Below, piece by piece: positions 56,717 through 64,000 of a stretch of 64,000 nt of DNA. The stretch is taken from the NCBI GenBank assembly GCA_902797855.1, contig CADBUI010000026.1:1626-65625 (forward strand). Reading direction: 5' to 3'. The notes beneath the pieces are model-generated. The model was not told the DNA's origin. It did no database searches and worked only from the letters and a program-made list of their open reading frames with translations. The first letter of the stretch is position 1. Each line of letters starts with the position of its first letter. The DNA comes from an uncultured Erysipelotrichaceae bacterium (GTDB lineage: Bacteria > Bacillota_I > Bacilli_A > RFN20 > CAG-826). The position numbers and the translations under genes are program-made.

Positions 56717-57637
56717 ATGTTTATTAAAGTTCCGAAATCATTCTTTGTTCGCTCTATGGCAAAAGGAGATACCAAATTTCTTAAAAACCATAAGACTTTT
56801 GGCAATATTAATATCCGTGCGGATGTTTCATATAAAAGTGATGAGACACAAGAGCATAAATTAGATATCATCTATCCTGCTGAATATTCAAATGGAGTAA
56901 CAATTTTACTTATTCATGGTGGCGGATATATTTATGGATGGAAAGAGGCATCACATGTCTTTGCTTCATATTTTGTTTCAAAAGGATTCACTGTTGTAGT
57001 GATGAATTATCGCTTAGCGAATCATAAAGAAGGCACAACTTTCAAAGAACAGATTCATGATGCTTTCTGGTGCTTAAATTTCCTAAGGAAATATCGCACA
57101 TACTATAAACTTGATACCGACCATTTATGCTTAATGGGTGATTCTGCGGGTGGCCATTTAGCGATTATGACCGATATTATTTATAACGACAAAGAAGCAC
57201 AGGATTTCTTTGGAATTAAAAATTTACCTGATGTCAAAATTAAGTGTGTTTGCACGAACTCACCAATGTATGATTATCCTGCTATGCTTACGATGGCTAA
57301 AAAGATATGCAGTAAGAAGCTAGTGAAAGATCTATTTTCTAGTGATTATAAAAACGAATATTATATCAATCATTGTTCATCAAGATATTACTTTAAAAAG
57401 AAGATCAAACTTGAACCTATATTCGCTAATACATCACTTCATGATTTCTTTAATTCTCAAGCCTATACTCTAAAAAGAGATTGTGACGAATTAAAGTGTT
57501 ACGATCTTGACTATTTCTGTGAGATGTCTCCAGATAAGAAAATTGGTCATGTATATAATCATTTTATCTTTGATAAGGAAGGTAAATACTGCAATGATAG
57601 AATGATTGAATTCGTGCTAAAAAACGTTAAGAATTGA
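56717..57637 (+). CDS. Alpha/beta hydrolase (HSL-type esterase/lipase family)
   Basis: The oxyanion motif HGGGY and the nucleophile elbow GDSAGG are present. I prefer the ATG at 56717 over the track's GTG at 56711. Confidence 0.8.
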   Translation: MFIKVPKSFFVRSMAKGDTKFLKNHKTFGNINIRADVSYKSDETQEHKLDIIYPAEYSNGVTILLIHGGGYIYGWKEASHVFASYFVSKGFTVVVMNYRLANHKEGTTFKEQIHDAFWCLNFLRKYRTYYKLDTDHLCLMGDSAGGHLAIMTDIIYNDKEAQDFFGIKNLPDVKIKCVCTNSPMYDYPAMLTMAKKICSKKLVKDLFSSDYKNEYYINHCSSRYYFKKKIKLEPIFANTSLHDFFNSQAYTLKRDCDELKCYDLDYFCEMSPDKKIGHVYNHFIFDKEGKYCNDRMIEFVLKNVKN

Positions 57638-57670
57638 AAAACATATATTTACAAAGTAAAATAGTGCGGT

Positions 57671-60298
57671 ATGAAAAAGTTCGATCAAAGCAAAACTCCT
57701 TATTTAGACGCTCTTAAGGAGTACGTAAATACTGACATTCTTCCATTAGATGTTCCAGGACATCATATGGGTAATGTTTCTAATGATTTTAAAGATTTCA
57801 TTGGAGCAAAAACTTATAGATGTGATGTGAACGCTCCAATTGGGCTCGATAACCTTGCTCATCCTTCTGGAGTGCTTCTTGAAGCTGAGAAAATGTTCGC
57901 TAGTTTTTGTAAAGCTGATTATAGCTTCTTTTTAATTAATGGTACATCAAGCGGAATCATCGCAATGATTATGGCGTGTTGCCGTGCGAATGAAAGAATT
58001 ATTCTTCCAAGAAACGTTCATAAATCAATCGCCAGCGCACTTATTCTTTCTGGTGCTATTCCAGAATACATTATGCCTAAGGTTGATAACGAACTTGAAA
58101 TCGCAAATCAACCATCAGTGGATGATTATATTAGAGCAATGCAGAGATATCCTTCTGCAAAAGCGGTATTTGTTATTAACCCAACATATTTTGGCGCTGT
58201 AACAGATTTAAAACGTATTGTTGATGAGGCTCACTCTAGAGGAATGGTAGTTTTGGTAGATGAAGCTCATGGTGCACATTATTACTTTGATGACTTAGGA
58301 CCAATCTCCGCTATGGAAGCTGGAGCAGATATGTCTAGTGTTTCCTTCCATAAAACTGGAGGTTCTTTAACTCAGTCTTCAGTGCTATTACTAAAAGAAG
58401 GTTTAATTGATGTATTTAAAGTTCAAAGAACATTAAATATTATTAATACAACCTCACCTTCTACCCTTTTGTTAGCGAGTTTAGACGCTGCTAGAAAATA
58501 TGTTGCCTTAGAAGGTAAAGAAAATATGAAACGCGTTCACGAATTAAGCAAATTTGCTCGTGAACAAATTGCAAAAATTAATGGTTTTACACCAGTGAAT
58601 AAAGAGCATTTCATTGCTAAGGGATGCTTTGATTATGATGAAACTAAATTAGTTATCAAACTTGATCATCTTGATATTAATGGTTTTGATCTTTATCACC
58701 TACTTAAAGATAAATATGACATTCAAGTTGAACTTGCAGAAACTTATGTCATTATGGGTATTCTCGCTATTGGTTCAGATATGAAACAAATGCGTAGACT
58801 TATTAAGGCTTTGAAAGATGTTTCAAAAGATCACTACAACAAAAAATACGAGAATGAACAACATTCTTTCGGAATAGATTTCCCATTCCAAATCATTCGT
58901 CCAAGAGCAGCCTATCACGCTCCTGGAAAGAAAATTCCACTAGAAGATGCCGTAAATTCTATTTCTAAAGAATCAATTATGGTTTATCCACCAGGAATTC
59001 CTTTAATTGTTCCAGGTGAAGTTTATACCAAAGAACTTGTCGAACGTATTAGTGAGTATAAATCTCAAAAAGGTGTAACGATGTTATCTGATTATGGTGT
59101 TGATAATGTTCACGTTATCGATACTGATAAATGGGTTAGATATAAATTTTACAAAAATAAACTTCAAGATTTCCTTGAAAGAAGAATTACCACTCCTCGT
59201 GCTGATGGTTATTCAATGCCATTTGAAGGAAATAAACATAGCGGAACAATTGTTCTTCTTCCATTTAGAAGAGATACTTGGAGAGATGGTGCTAAACCAG
59301 CTTTAGAAGAATATAAAAATGTTATTACTTCTATTGCTAAGTTTGAGCCAGTATACGTTGGTATTTCACCACGCATTTATAATAAAGTTATAAAAGAGTT
59401 CTCACATCTTAAAAATGTTCACCCAATCAAAATTAAATATAATGATGCTTGGGCAAGAGATAACACACCTATATTTGTCACTAATGGTGAAAATATGAGA
59501 GCAGTTGATTTTAGATTTAATGCTTGGGGCGGAGATGTTGATGGACTTTATTCAAACTATAAGGATGATGATTTACTTTCAAAGAATCTATGTAAACACT
59601 TTGGTGTTGAAAGATATTATCTAGAAAACTTTGTTCTTGAAGGTGGAAGTATTCATGTTGATGGAGAGAAGACATGTATGGTAACCGAAGCATGTTTACT
59701 TTCCAAAGGTCGTAATCCAGATTTAAACAAGAATGAAATCGAAGAAGTTTTAAAAACTTATTTAGATGTCTCTAAAGTCATTTGGATTCCACACGGTATT
59801 TTCGAAGATGAAACAAACGAACATATTGATAATATGGCTTGCTTTATTAAGCCTGGAGTCATCGCTTTAGCCTGGACAAACGATAAAAATGATCCTCAAT
59901 ATGAATATTGTCAGTCAGCGTACAAGGTTTTGAAAAACGAAACAGACGCTCAAGGAAGAAAGTTTGAAATTATCAAAATTAAACTTCCAAAACCTTTATA
60001 CATGTCTAAAGATGAAGCTAAGAGCATTAAGGTTGGTAGATACGATGCGAAAGCAAGACCAGAAGGCTCTCGTTTAGCGGCATCATATATAAACTTCTAC
60101 CAAGGCGATAAGTTTGTAATTATGCCTGCTTTTGGAGTGCCTGAAGACGCTCTAGCAAAAGCACAATTAAAGAAACTATATCCGAATAAAGAAGTTATCC
60201 AAGTTTATTCAAAAGAAATACTTTTAGGTGGTGGAAATATCCACTGTATCACCATGCAAATTCCATATATGAAAGGATTTAATAAAGATGAAGATTAA
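57671..60298 (+). CDS. Fusion protein: N-terminal PLP-dependent Orn/Lys/Arg decarboxylase (SpeA-like) plus C-terminal agmatine deiminase (AguA/PAD_porph family)
   Basis: The N-terminal domain, to about 59120, has the PLP-Lys motif SFHKTGGSLTQSS. The linker is KWVRYKFYKNKLQDFLERRI. The C-terminal domain, from about 59189, has TPRADGYSMP, AWARDN, FNAWGG, EGGSIHVDGE, EHIDNMACF and the catalytic-Cys tail GGGNIHCITMQ. It is a single uninterrupted 875-codon frame. Confidence 0.85.
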   Translation: MKKFDQSKTPYLDALKEYVNTDILPLDVPGHHMGNVSNDFKDFIGAKTYRCDVNAPIGLDNLAHPSGVLLEAEKMFASFCKADYSFFLINGTSSGIIAMIMACCRANERIILPRNVHKSIASALILSGAIPEYIMPKVDNELEIANQPSVDDYIRAMQRYPSAKAVFVINPTYFGAVTDLKRIVDEAHSRGMVVLVDEAHGAHYYFDDLGPISAMEAGADMSSVSFHKTGGSLTQSSVLLLKEGLIDVFKVQRTLNIINTTSPSTLLLASLDAARKYVALEGKENMKRVHELSKFAREQIAKINGFTPVNKEHFIAKGCFDYDETKLVIKLDHLDINGFDLYHLLKDKYDIQVELAETYVIMGILAIGSDMKQMRRLIKALKDVSKDHYNKKYENEQHSFGIDFPFQIIRPRAAYHAPGKKIPLEDAVNSISKESIMVYPPGIPLIVPGEVYTKELVERISEYKSQKGVTMLSDYGVDNVHVIDTDKWVRYKFYKNKLQDFLERRITTPRADGYSMPFEGNKHSGTIVLLPFRRDTWRDGAKPALEEYKNVITSIAKFEPVYVGISPRIYNKVIKEFSHLKNVHPIKIKYNDAWARDNTPIFVTNGENMRAVDFRFNAWGGDVDGLYSNYKDDDLLSKNLCKHFGVERYYLENFVLEGGSIHVDGEKTCMVTEACLLSKGRNPDLNKNEIEEVLKTYLDVSKVIWIPHGIFEDETNEHIDNMACFIKPGVIALAWTNDKNDPQYEYCQSAYKVLKNETDAQGRKFEIIKIKLPKPLYMSKDEAKSIKVGRYDAKARPEGSRLAASYINFYQGDKFVIMPAFGVPEDALAKAQLKKLYPNKEVIQVYSKEILLGGGNIHCITMQIPYMKGFNKDED

Positions 60299-61151
60299 AG
60301 TTGCAATTACTCAAATGAGTTGTTCTTCTAGTTATGAAGAAAACATTAAAAAAGCCGAGAATATGGTGGAAAAATGCGCGAAAGCAGGCGCTAACATCAT
60401 CCTTCTTCAAGAGCTTTTCAGCAATCTCTATTTCTGTCAAGTTGAAGATTATAACAAATTCGATTTAGCTGAAGAAAAAGAGAATTCATATCTAATTAAA
60501 CACTTTCAAAAAGTTGCAAAAAAATATGGTGTTGTTCTCCCTATTTCTTTCTTCGAAAAATCAGGTCAAAATTACTTTAATTCTTTAGTGATGATTGATG
60601 CAGATGGAAAGAATTTGGGATTATACCGCAAGACTCATATTCCAACTGGTGAATGTTATGAAGAAAAGTTTTATTTTTCTCCTGGTGATACTGGCTTTAA
60701 AGTTTTTAATACAAAATATGGAAAAGTTGGTATTGGTATTTGCTGGGATCAATGGTTCCCAGAGACCGCTAGAATTTTAGCCCTTAAAGGCGCTGAGATT
60801 ATTCTTTATCCAACTGCTATTGGTAGTGAACCTGTACTTGTTAGAGATTCTATGCCACATTGGAGAAACACTATGTGTGGACATGCTGCTGCAAATATTC
60901 TTCCAGTTTGTGCCTCTAATCGTGTCGGCAAAGAAGTTGCTGGTAATTCTTCTATGGTCTTCCAAGGATATTCATTTATCGCTAACCAATATGGTGAAGT
61001 AGTTGAAGAAATGAACCGTACTGAAGAAGGATTCAGAATTCACGAATTCGATTTAACTGAAATTGATAAAGAACGCGTTAATTGGGGAGTGTTCCGTGAT
61101 CGTCGTCCAGAATGCTATGGCGAAATTAAAAAATATTCAAAGAATAAATAA
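60288..61151 (+). CDS. aguB: N-carbamoylputrescine amidase (nitrilase superfamily)
   Basis: Nitrilase E-K-C pattern (LLQELF..., YRKTHIP, GIGICWDQWFPE). There is an 11-nt overlap with the upstream fusion gene. Confidence 0.88.
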   Translation: MKIKVAITQMSCSSSYEENIKKAENMVEKCAKAGANIILLQELFSNLYFCQVEDYNKFDLAEEKENSYLIKHFQKVAKKYGVVLPISFFEKSGQNYFNSLVMIDADGKNLGLYRKTHIPTGECYEEKFYFSPGDTGFKVFNTKYGKVGIGICWDQWFPETARILALKGAEIILYPTAIGSEPVLVRDSMPHWRNTMCGHAAANILPVCASNRVGKEVAGNSSMVFQGYSFIANQYGEVVEEMNRTEEGFRIHEFDLTEIDKERVNWGVFRDRRPECYGEIKKYSKNK

Positions 61152-62080
61152 TGAATAAAAACGACAATAAAGCCAATATTAAAAGAGGCAAAGTTGATCC
61201 TAAATCTATTAAAGAGTTTAAAGTCCACGAACCTTGTGAACTATTAACTTTTCTAATTCAAAAATATCCATCATTATCTAGAAATAATGTGAAATCTTTA
61301 CTTAGTAATCACCAAGTTGCGGTTGATGGCGCCCCTATTAGCCAATTTAACTTTATGCTTGCTAAAGATGATATTGTGATTGTTTCTAAAAGAAGAATCG
61401 CAAAAAAGGAAAGAAGAGATTTACCAATTATCTATGAAAATGATGAACTAATTGTTATCAATAAACCTAGTGGTCTACTTAGTGTCGCTAGTGATAACGA
61501 AAAAGGACGTACTGCGTATCGACTTGTAACTGATTATGTTCAACAAAAAGATAGACATAACAGAATCTATGTTGTCCATCGTCTTGATGAAGATACATCA
61601 GGTGTTCTTGTCTTTGCAAAAAGTGTAAAACTAAGGGACGCTTTACAAAAAGAATGGCAGAACCTAGTGAAAAAACGTGGTTATTATGCGATTGTAGAAG
61701 GTAAGATGGAAAAGGATTCAGATACTTTTATTGATTATTTAAAAGAGAATTCTTTAAACCTAATGTATGTAACTAAAAACATTAAAGAAGGTAAGAAGTG
61801 TGTTACCCACTACAAGGTTATTAAAAACACAAAAGATTATTCGTTATTGGACATTAATATTGAATCAGGAAGAAAGAACCAAATTAGAGTTCAATTAGGA
61901 CACCGTAACCATCACGTTATTGGGGATGATAAATATGGTGAACCATCTAATCCACTTAAAAGACTTGGCCTACACGCTTATGAACTTAGTTTTGTTCATC
62001 CGTTTACAAATAAACTTTTAAAATTTGTTGCTCCAATGCCAAGCGAATTTAAAGGATTGATGTATTTAGAAAAAAACTAG
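61151..62080 (+). CDS. RluA-family pseudouridine synthase with an N-terminal S4-like domain
   Basis: The catalytic motif is HRLDEDTSGVLVFAK and there is a C-terminal GRKNQIR. There is a TAATG overlap with aguB. Confidence 0.9.
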   Translation: MNKNDNKANIKRGKVDPKSIKEFKVHEPCELLTFLIQKYPSLSRNNVKSLLSNHQVAVDGAPISQFNFMLAKDDIVIVSKRRIAKKERRDLPIIYENDELIVINKPSGLLSVASDNEKGRTAYRLVTDYVQQKDRHNRIYVVHRLDEDTSGVLVFAKSVKLRDALQKEWQNLVKKRGYYAIVEGKMEKDSDTFIDYLKENSLNLMYVTKNIKEGKKCVTHYKVIKNTKDYSLLDINIESGRKNQIRVQLGHRNHHVIGDDKYGEPSNPLKRLGLHAYELSFVHPFTNKLLKFVAPMPSEFKGLMYLEKN

Positions 62081-62096
62081 CCAAAGGCTAGTTTAG
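62071..62096. terminator. Palindromic hairpin shared by two convergent genes, with both stop codons inside the stem
   Basis: AACTAGCC(62075..62082)/GGCTAGTT(62086..62093) is flanked by an A-run and TT. The plus-strand TAG is at 62078..62080 and the minus-strand TAG at 62088..62090. Confidence 0.6.
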
Positions 62097-62936
62097 ATGA
62101 TAAATTTTGTAGATATAATTCTTATTTATTGAGGTTAGTTCGCTAACCTTTTTAATTGCGTCTTTCGTGGATAAACCGCTTTGTTGATATGAATTGACCA
62201 TCTTAATTAGTTCATCATCATCAATTGATGGAGATAGTTCATCATAAGTTCCCTCAACAACAATGACCATTTCTCCTTTTAACGATTCTTCATCAAGTTC
62301 AACCATTTCACTTAAAGTAGCGCGTATATATTCTTCGTGGAGCTTAGTTAGTTCTCTAGCAATACAAGCTTTTCTATTTCCTAAAACATCAAGCATATCT
62401 AAGAGTGTCTTTTTAATTCTATGAGGTGCTTCATAAAAGATAAGAGTTTCTTCTCGATGAGATAGATCAATCAGTTCCTCTTTTCTTTCTTTATCTTTTG
62501 CACTTAAAAATCCATGGAAATAGAAGTGTGAGCAATCAAGACCACTTGCAATAAGTGCGGACAAAGCAGCGTTAGGGCCAGGAATACAAGTTACGTTAAT
62601 TTGATTTTTTAAAGCTATTTCGACAAGTTTCGCGCCTGGATCAGAAATACATGGATATCCAGCATCTGAAACATAGGCTACTTTCTTGCCTTCAAGAATC
62701 TCTTTTACTATGTGTTCTGAAGCACTTACTTCATTATGTTCTCTAAGAGAAATAAGAGGTTTTTTAATAGAAAAATAAGATAATAATTTCCCAGTAACTC
62801 TTGTATCTTCACACGCGACTAAATCAACTTCATTAAGTGTTTTAATAAAGCGAGGCGAAGCATCTTCTAAGTTTCCAATAGGGGTAGCAAGAAGATATAA
62901 AAGAGGTCTTTTACTTAGAAAATTTTGCTCTCTCAT
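62088..62936 (-). CDS. rsmI: 16S rRNA (cytidine1402-2'-O)-methyltransferase
   Basis: LYLLATPIGNLEDAS, VACEDTR and SDAGYPCISDPG (tetrapyrrole-methylase fold). Confidence 0.9.
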   Translation of the reverse strand: MREQNFLSKRPLLYLLATPIGNLEDASPRFIKTLNEVDLVACEDTRVTGKLLSYFSIKKPLISLREHNEVSASEHIVKEILEGKKVAYVSDAGYPCISDPGAKLVEIALKNQINVTCIPGPNAALSALIASGLDCSHFYFHGFLSAKDKERKEELIDLSHREETLIFYEAPHRIKKTLLDMLDVLGNRKACIARELTKLHEEYIRATLSEMVELDEESLKGEMVIVVEGTYDELSPSIDDDELIKMVNSYQQSGLSTKDAIKKVSELTSINKNYIYKIYHLN

Positions 62937-63747
62937 TTTTATCTCCTAATAAAGGTTTAACATCTTCTAATTTCGCAAATTCAATATCTTCATCGGATTC
63001 AATCTTTAATGTTCTTGATAAGACGTTAATTCCAGTGATTTTGAAGATTTTATCACCACGTTTAAATGTTTCACCAATACGCGGGAATTCTTTTTTAATT
63101 TCACTATATGCTTCATCTTCATATAAAAGACAGCAGATGAGCTTTCCACAATGTCCACTTAATTTTGGAATATTTAATGAAAGCATTTGGTTTTTAGCTC
63201 TATTAATGGAAATACCTTCCATCGATGGAAGAAATGTTGCACAACAAAGTGGAAGTCCGCATATTCCAATTCCACCGACCATCTTAGCTTTATCTCTTGA
63301 ACCAATTTGTCTTAGTTCAATACGACAATGGAATTTTGATGCGAGAATCTTTAATAATTCTCTAAAATCCACTCTATCATCTGCGACGTAAGTAATTGTT
63401 AATTTACTTCCATCAAGAGAATATTCTGCCTCAATAGGACGCATTTCTAATCCAAGTTTTTCTATTTCTTCAATTGAAATCTTAACAGCTTGAACAGAAC
63501 GTTTTTTATTTTCATCATAGATGAGTAGATCGTCATCTGTTGCTTTTCGAATTATTTCTTTTAAAGCAAGTTCAGATTTATATGTTGAGATAGGAAAAGA
63601 TTCGGTTGCGATTGTGCCAATTTGAATTCCTCTAACTGAATCAGCGACGACTTTATCACCGACAGAAAGATCATCGATATCAGTTCCGAAATAATATGCT
63701 TTACTGGCTTTTTCAAATTTAACGCCGACATAGTATTTAATTTCCAT
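62911..63747 (-). CDS. yaaT: PSP1-domain protein (YaaT/RicT-like)
   Basis: The PSP1 core contains the Cys cluster CGLPLCCATFL...GHCGKLICCLLYE. It sits downstream of holB as in Bacillus and overlaps rsmI by 26 nt. Confidence 0.85.
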   Translation of the reverse strand: MEIKYYVGVKFEKASKAYYFGTDIDDLSVGDKVVADSVRGIQIGTIATESFPISTYKSELALKEIIRKATDDDLLIYDENKKRSVQAVKISIEEIEKLGLEMRPIEAEYSLDGSKLTITYVADDRVDFRELLKILASKFHCRIELRQIGSRDKAKMVGGIGICGLPLCCATFLPSMEGISINRAKNQMLSLNIPKLSGHCGKLICCLLYEDEAYSEIKKEFPRIGETFKRGDKIFKITGINVLSRTLKIESDEDIEFAKLEDVKPLLGDKNERAKFSK

Positions 63748-63748
63748 C

Positions 63749-64000
63749 TTATTCCTCCTCCTTTGTAATTTCGTAAATAATGTGGTCTAGCAATAATGCT
63801 ACATTAACATTTAAATCAAGTTTAGACATTGCAGACATAATCATCAATAGTGATTTATCTAAATGAGATAATTTGTTTGCAAGCTCATTTAATATTGTTT
63901 CGTAATATTTAAGAACAATTTCTCCGCCAGCTTTAAGGTTTACTAAATCTTGAAACACTAAGATTAGCATTCTTATATAAAACCTCGCTGCGTCGGGAGT
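63749..64000 (-). CDS. holB: Probable DNA polymerase III delta-prime subunit, C-terminal end (gene runs off the window)
   Basis: The frame stays open to position 64000 (…TPDAARFYIRMLILVFQDLVNLKAGG…) and is helical, consistent with a clamp-loader domain III. The call rests mainly on synteny (holB-yaaT). Confidence 0.4.
   Translation of the reverse strand, partial: TPDAARFYIRMLILVFQDLVNLKAGGEIVLKYYETILNELANKLSHLDKSLLMIMSAMSKLDLNVNVALLLDHIIYEITKEEE

Overview
The window is a low-GC, Firmicutes/Mollicutes-type chromosome segment centred on the replication origin. The gene content looks Acholeplasma- or Erysipelotrichia-like: ppdK, ispE, a CrtI-like oxidase, and no division or sporulation genes between mfd and tilS. 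The standard genetic code applies, since TGA is used as a stop (for example 14621..14623) and long ORFs stay intact.

The core is rpmH-rnpA-yidC-jag-mnmE on the minus strand, a bipartite oriC with perfect DnaA boxes, and dnaA-dnaN-yaaA-recF-gyrB-gyrA-(GT-like)-serS on the plus strand. Gene orientation flips at oriC. Genes to the left are mostly on the minus strand and genes to the right mostly on the plus strand.

The left arm carries housekeeping genes: tatD, rnmV, ksgA, ispE, pth, mfd, yabO-like, tilS, ftsH, dus and lysS. These are interrupted by small accessory modules:
- a DUF368-TetR-ATP-grasp operon
- an FGGY kinase and ppdK
- an island encoding an HTH protein, a SHOCT membrane protein and a membrane-anchored XRE protein

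The right arm carries an unannotated small SRP RNA, tadA and a tightly packed cluster of P-type ATPase, psuG, TetR-like regulator, Fe-ADH and an S2P-like protein. It continues with a NERD protein, mscL, degV, pmbA/tldD, a CrtI-like oxidase, rpmE and metG. Next come a two-gene arginine-to-putrescine route whose first gene is a fused decarboxylase/agmatine deiminase, an RluA-type synthase, and rsmI-yaaT-holB.

I saw no transposases, integrases, CRISPR arrays, rRNA or tRNA genes. I found no clear-cut novel multi-gene system. The most unusual items are:
- the decarboxylase-agmatine deiminase fusion
- an S2P/M50-like membrane protein with a degenerate LExxH motif
- the dus-ftsH accessory island
- the DUF368-TetR-ATP-grasp operon
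- a small tandem-repeat protein coupled to ispE

All family calls come from reading the motifs by eye. No database search was run.
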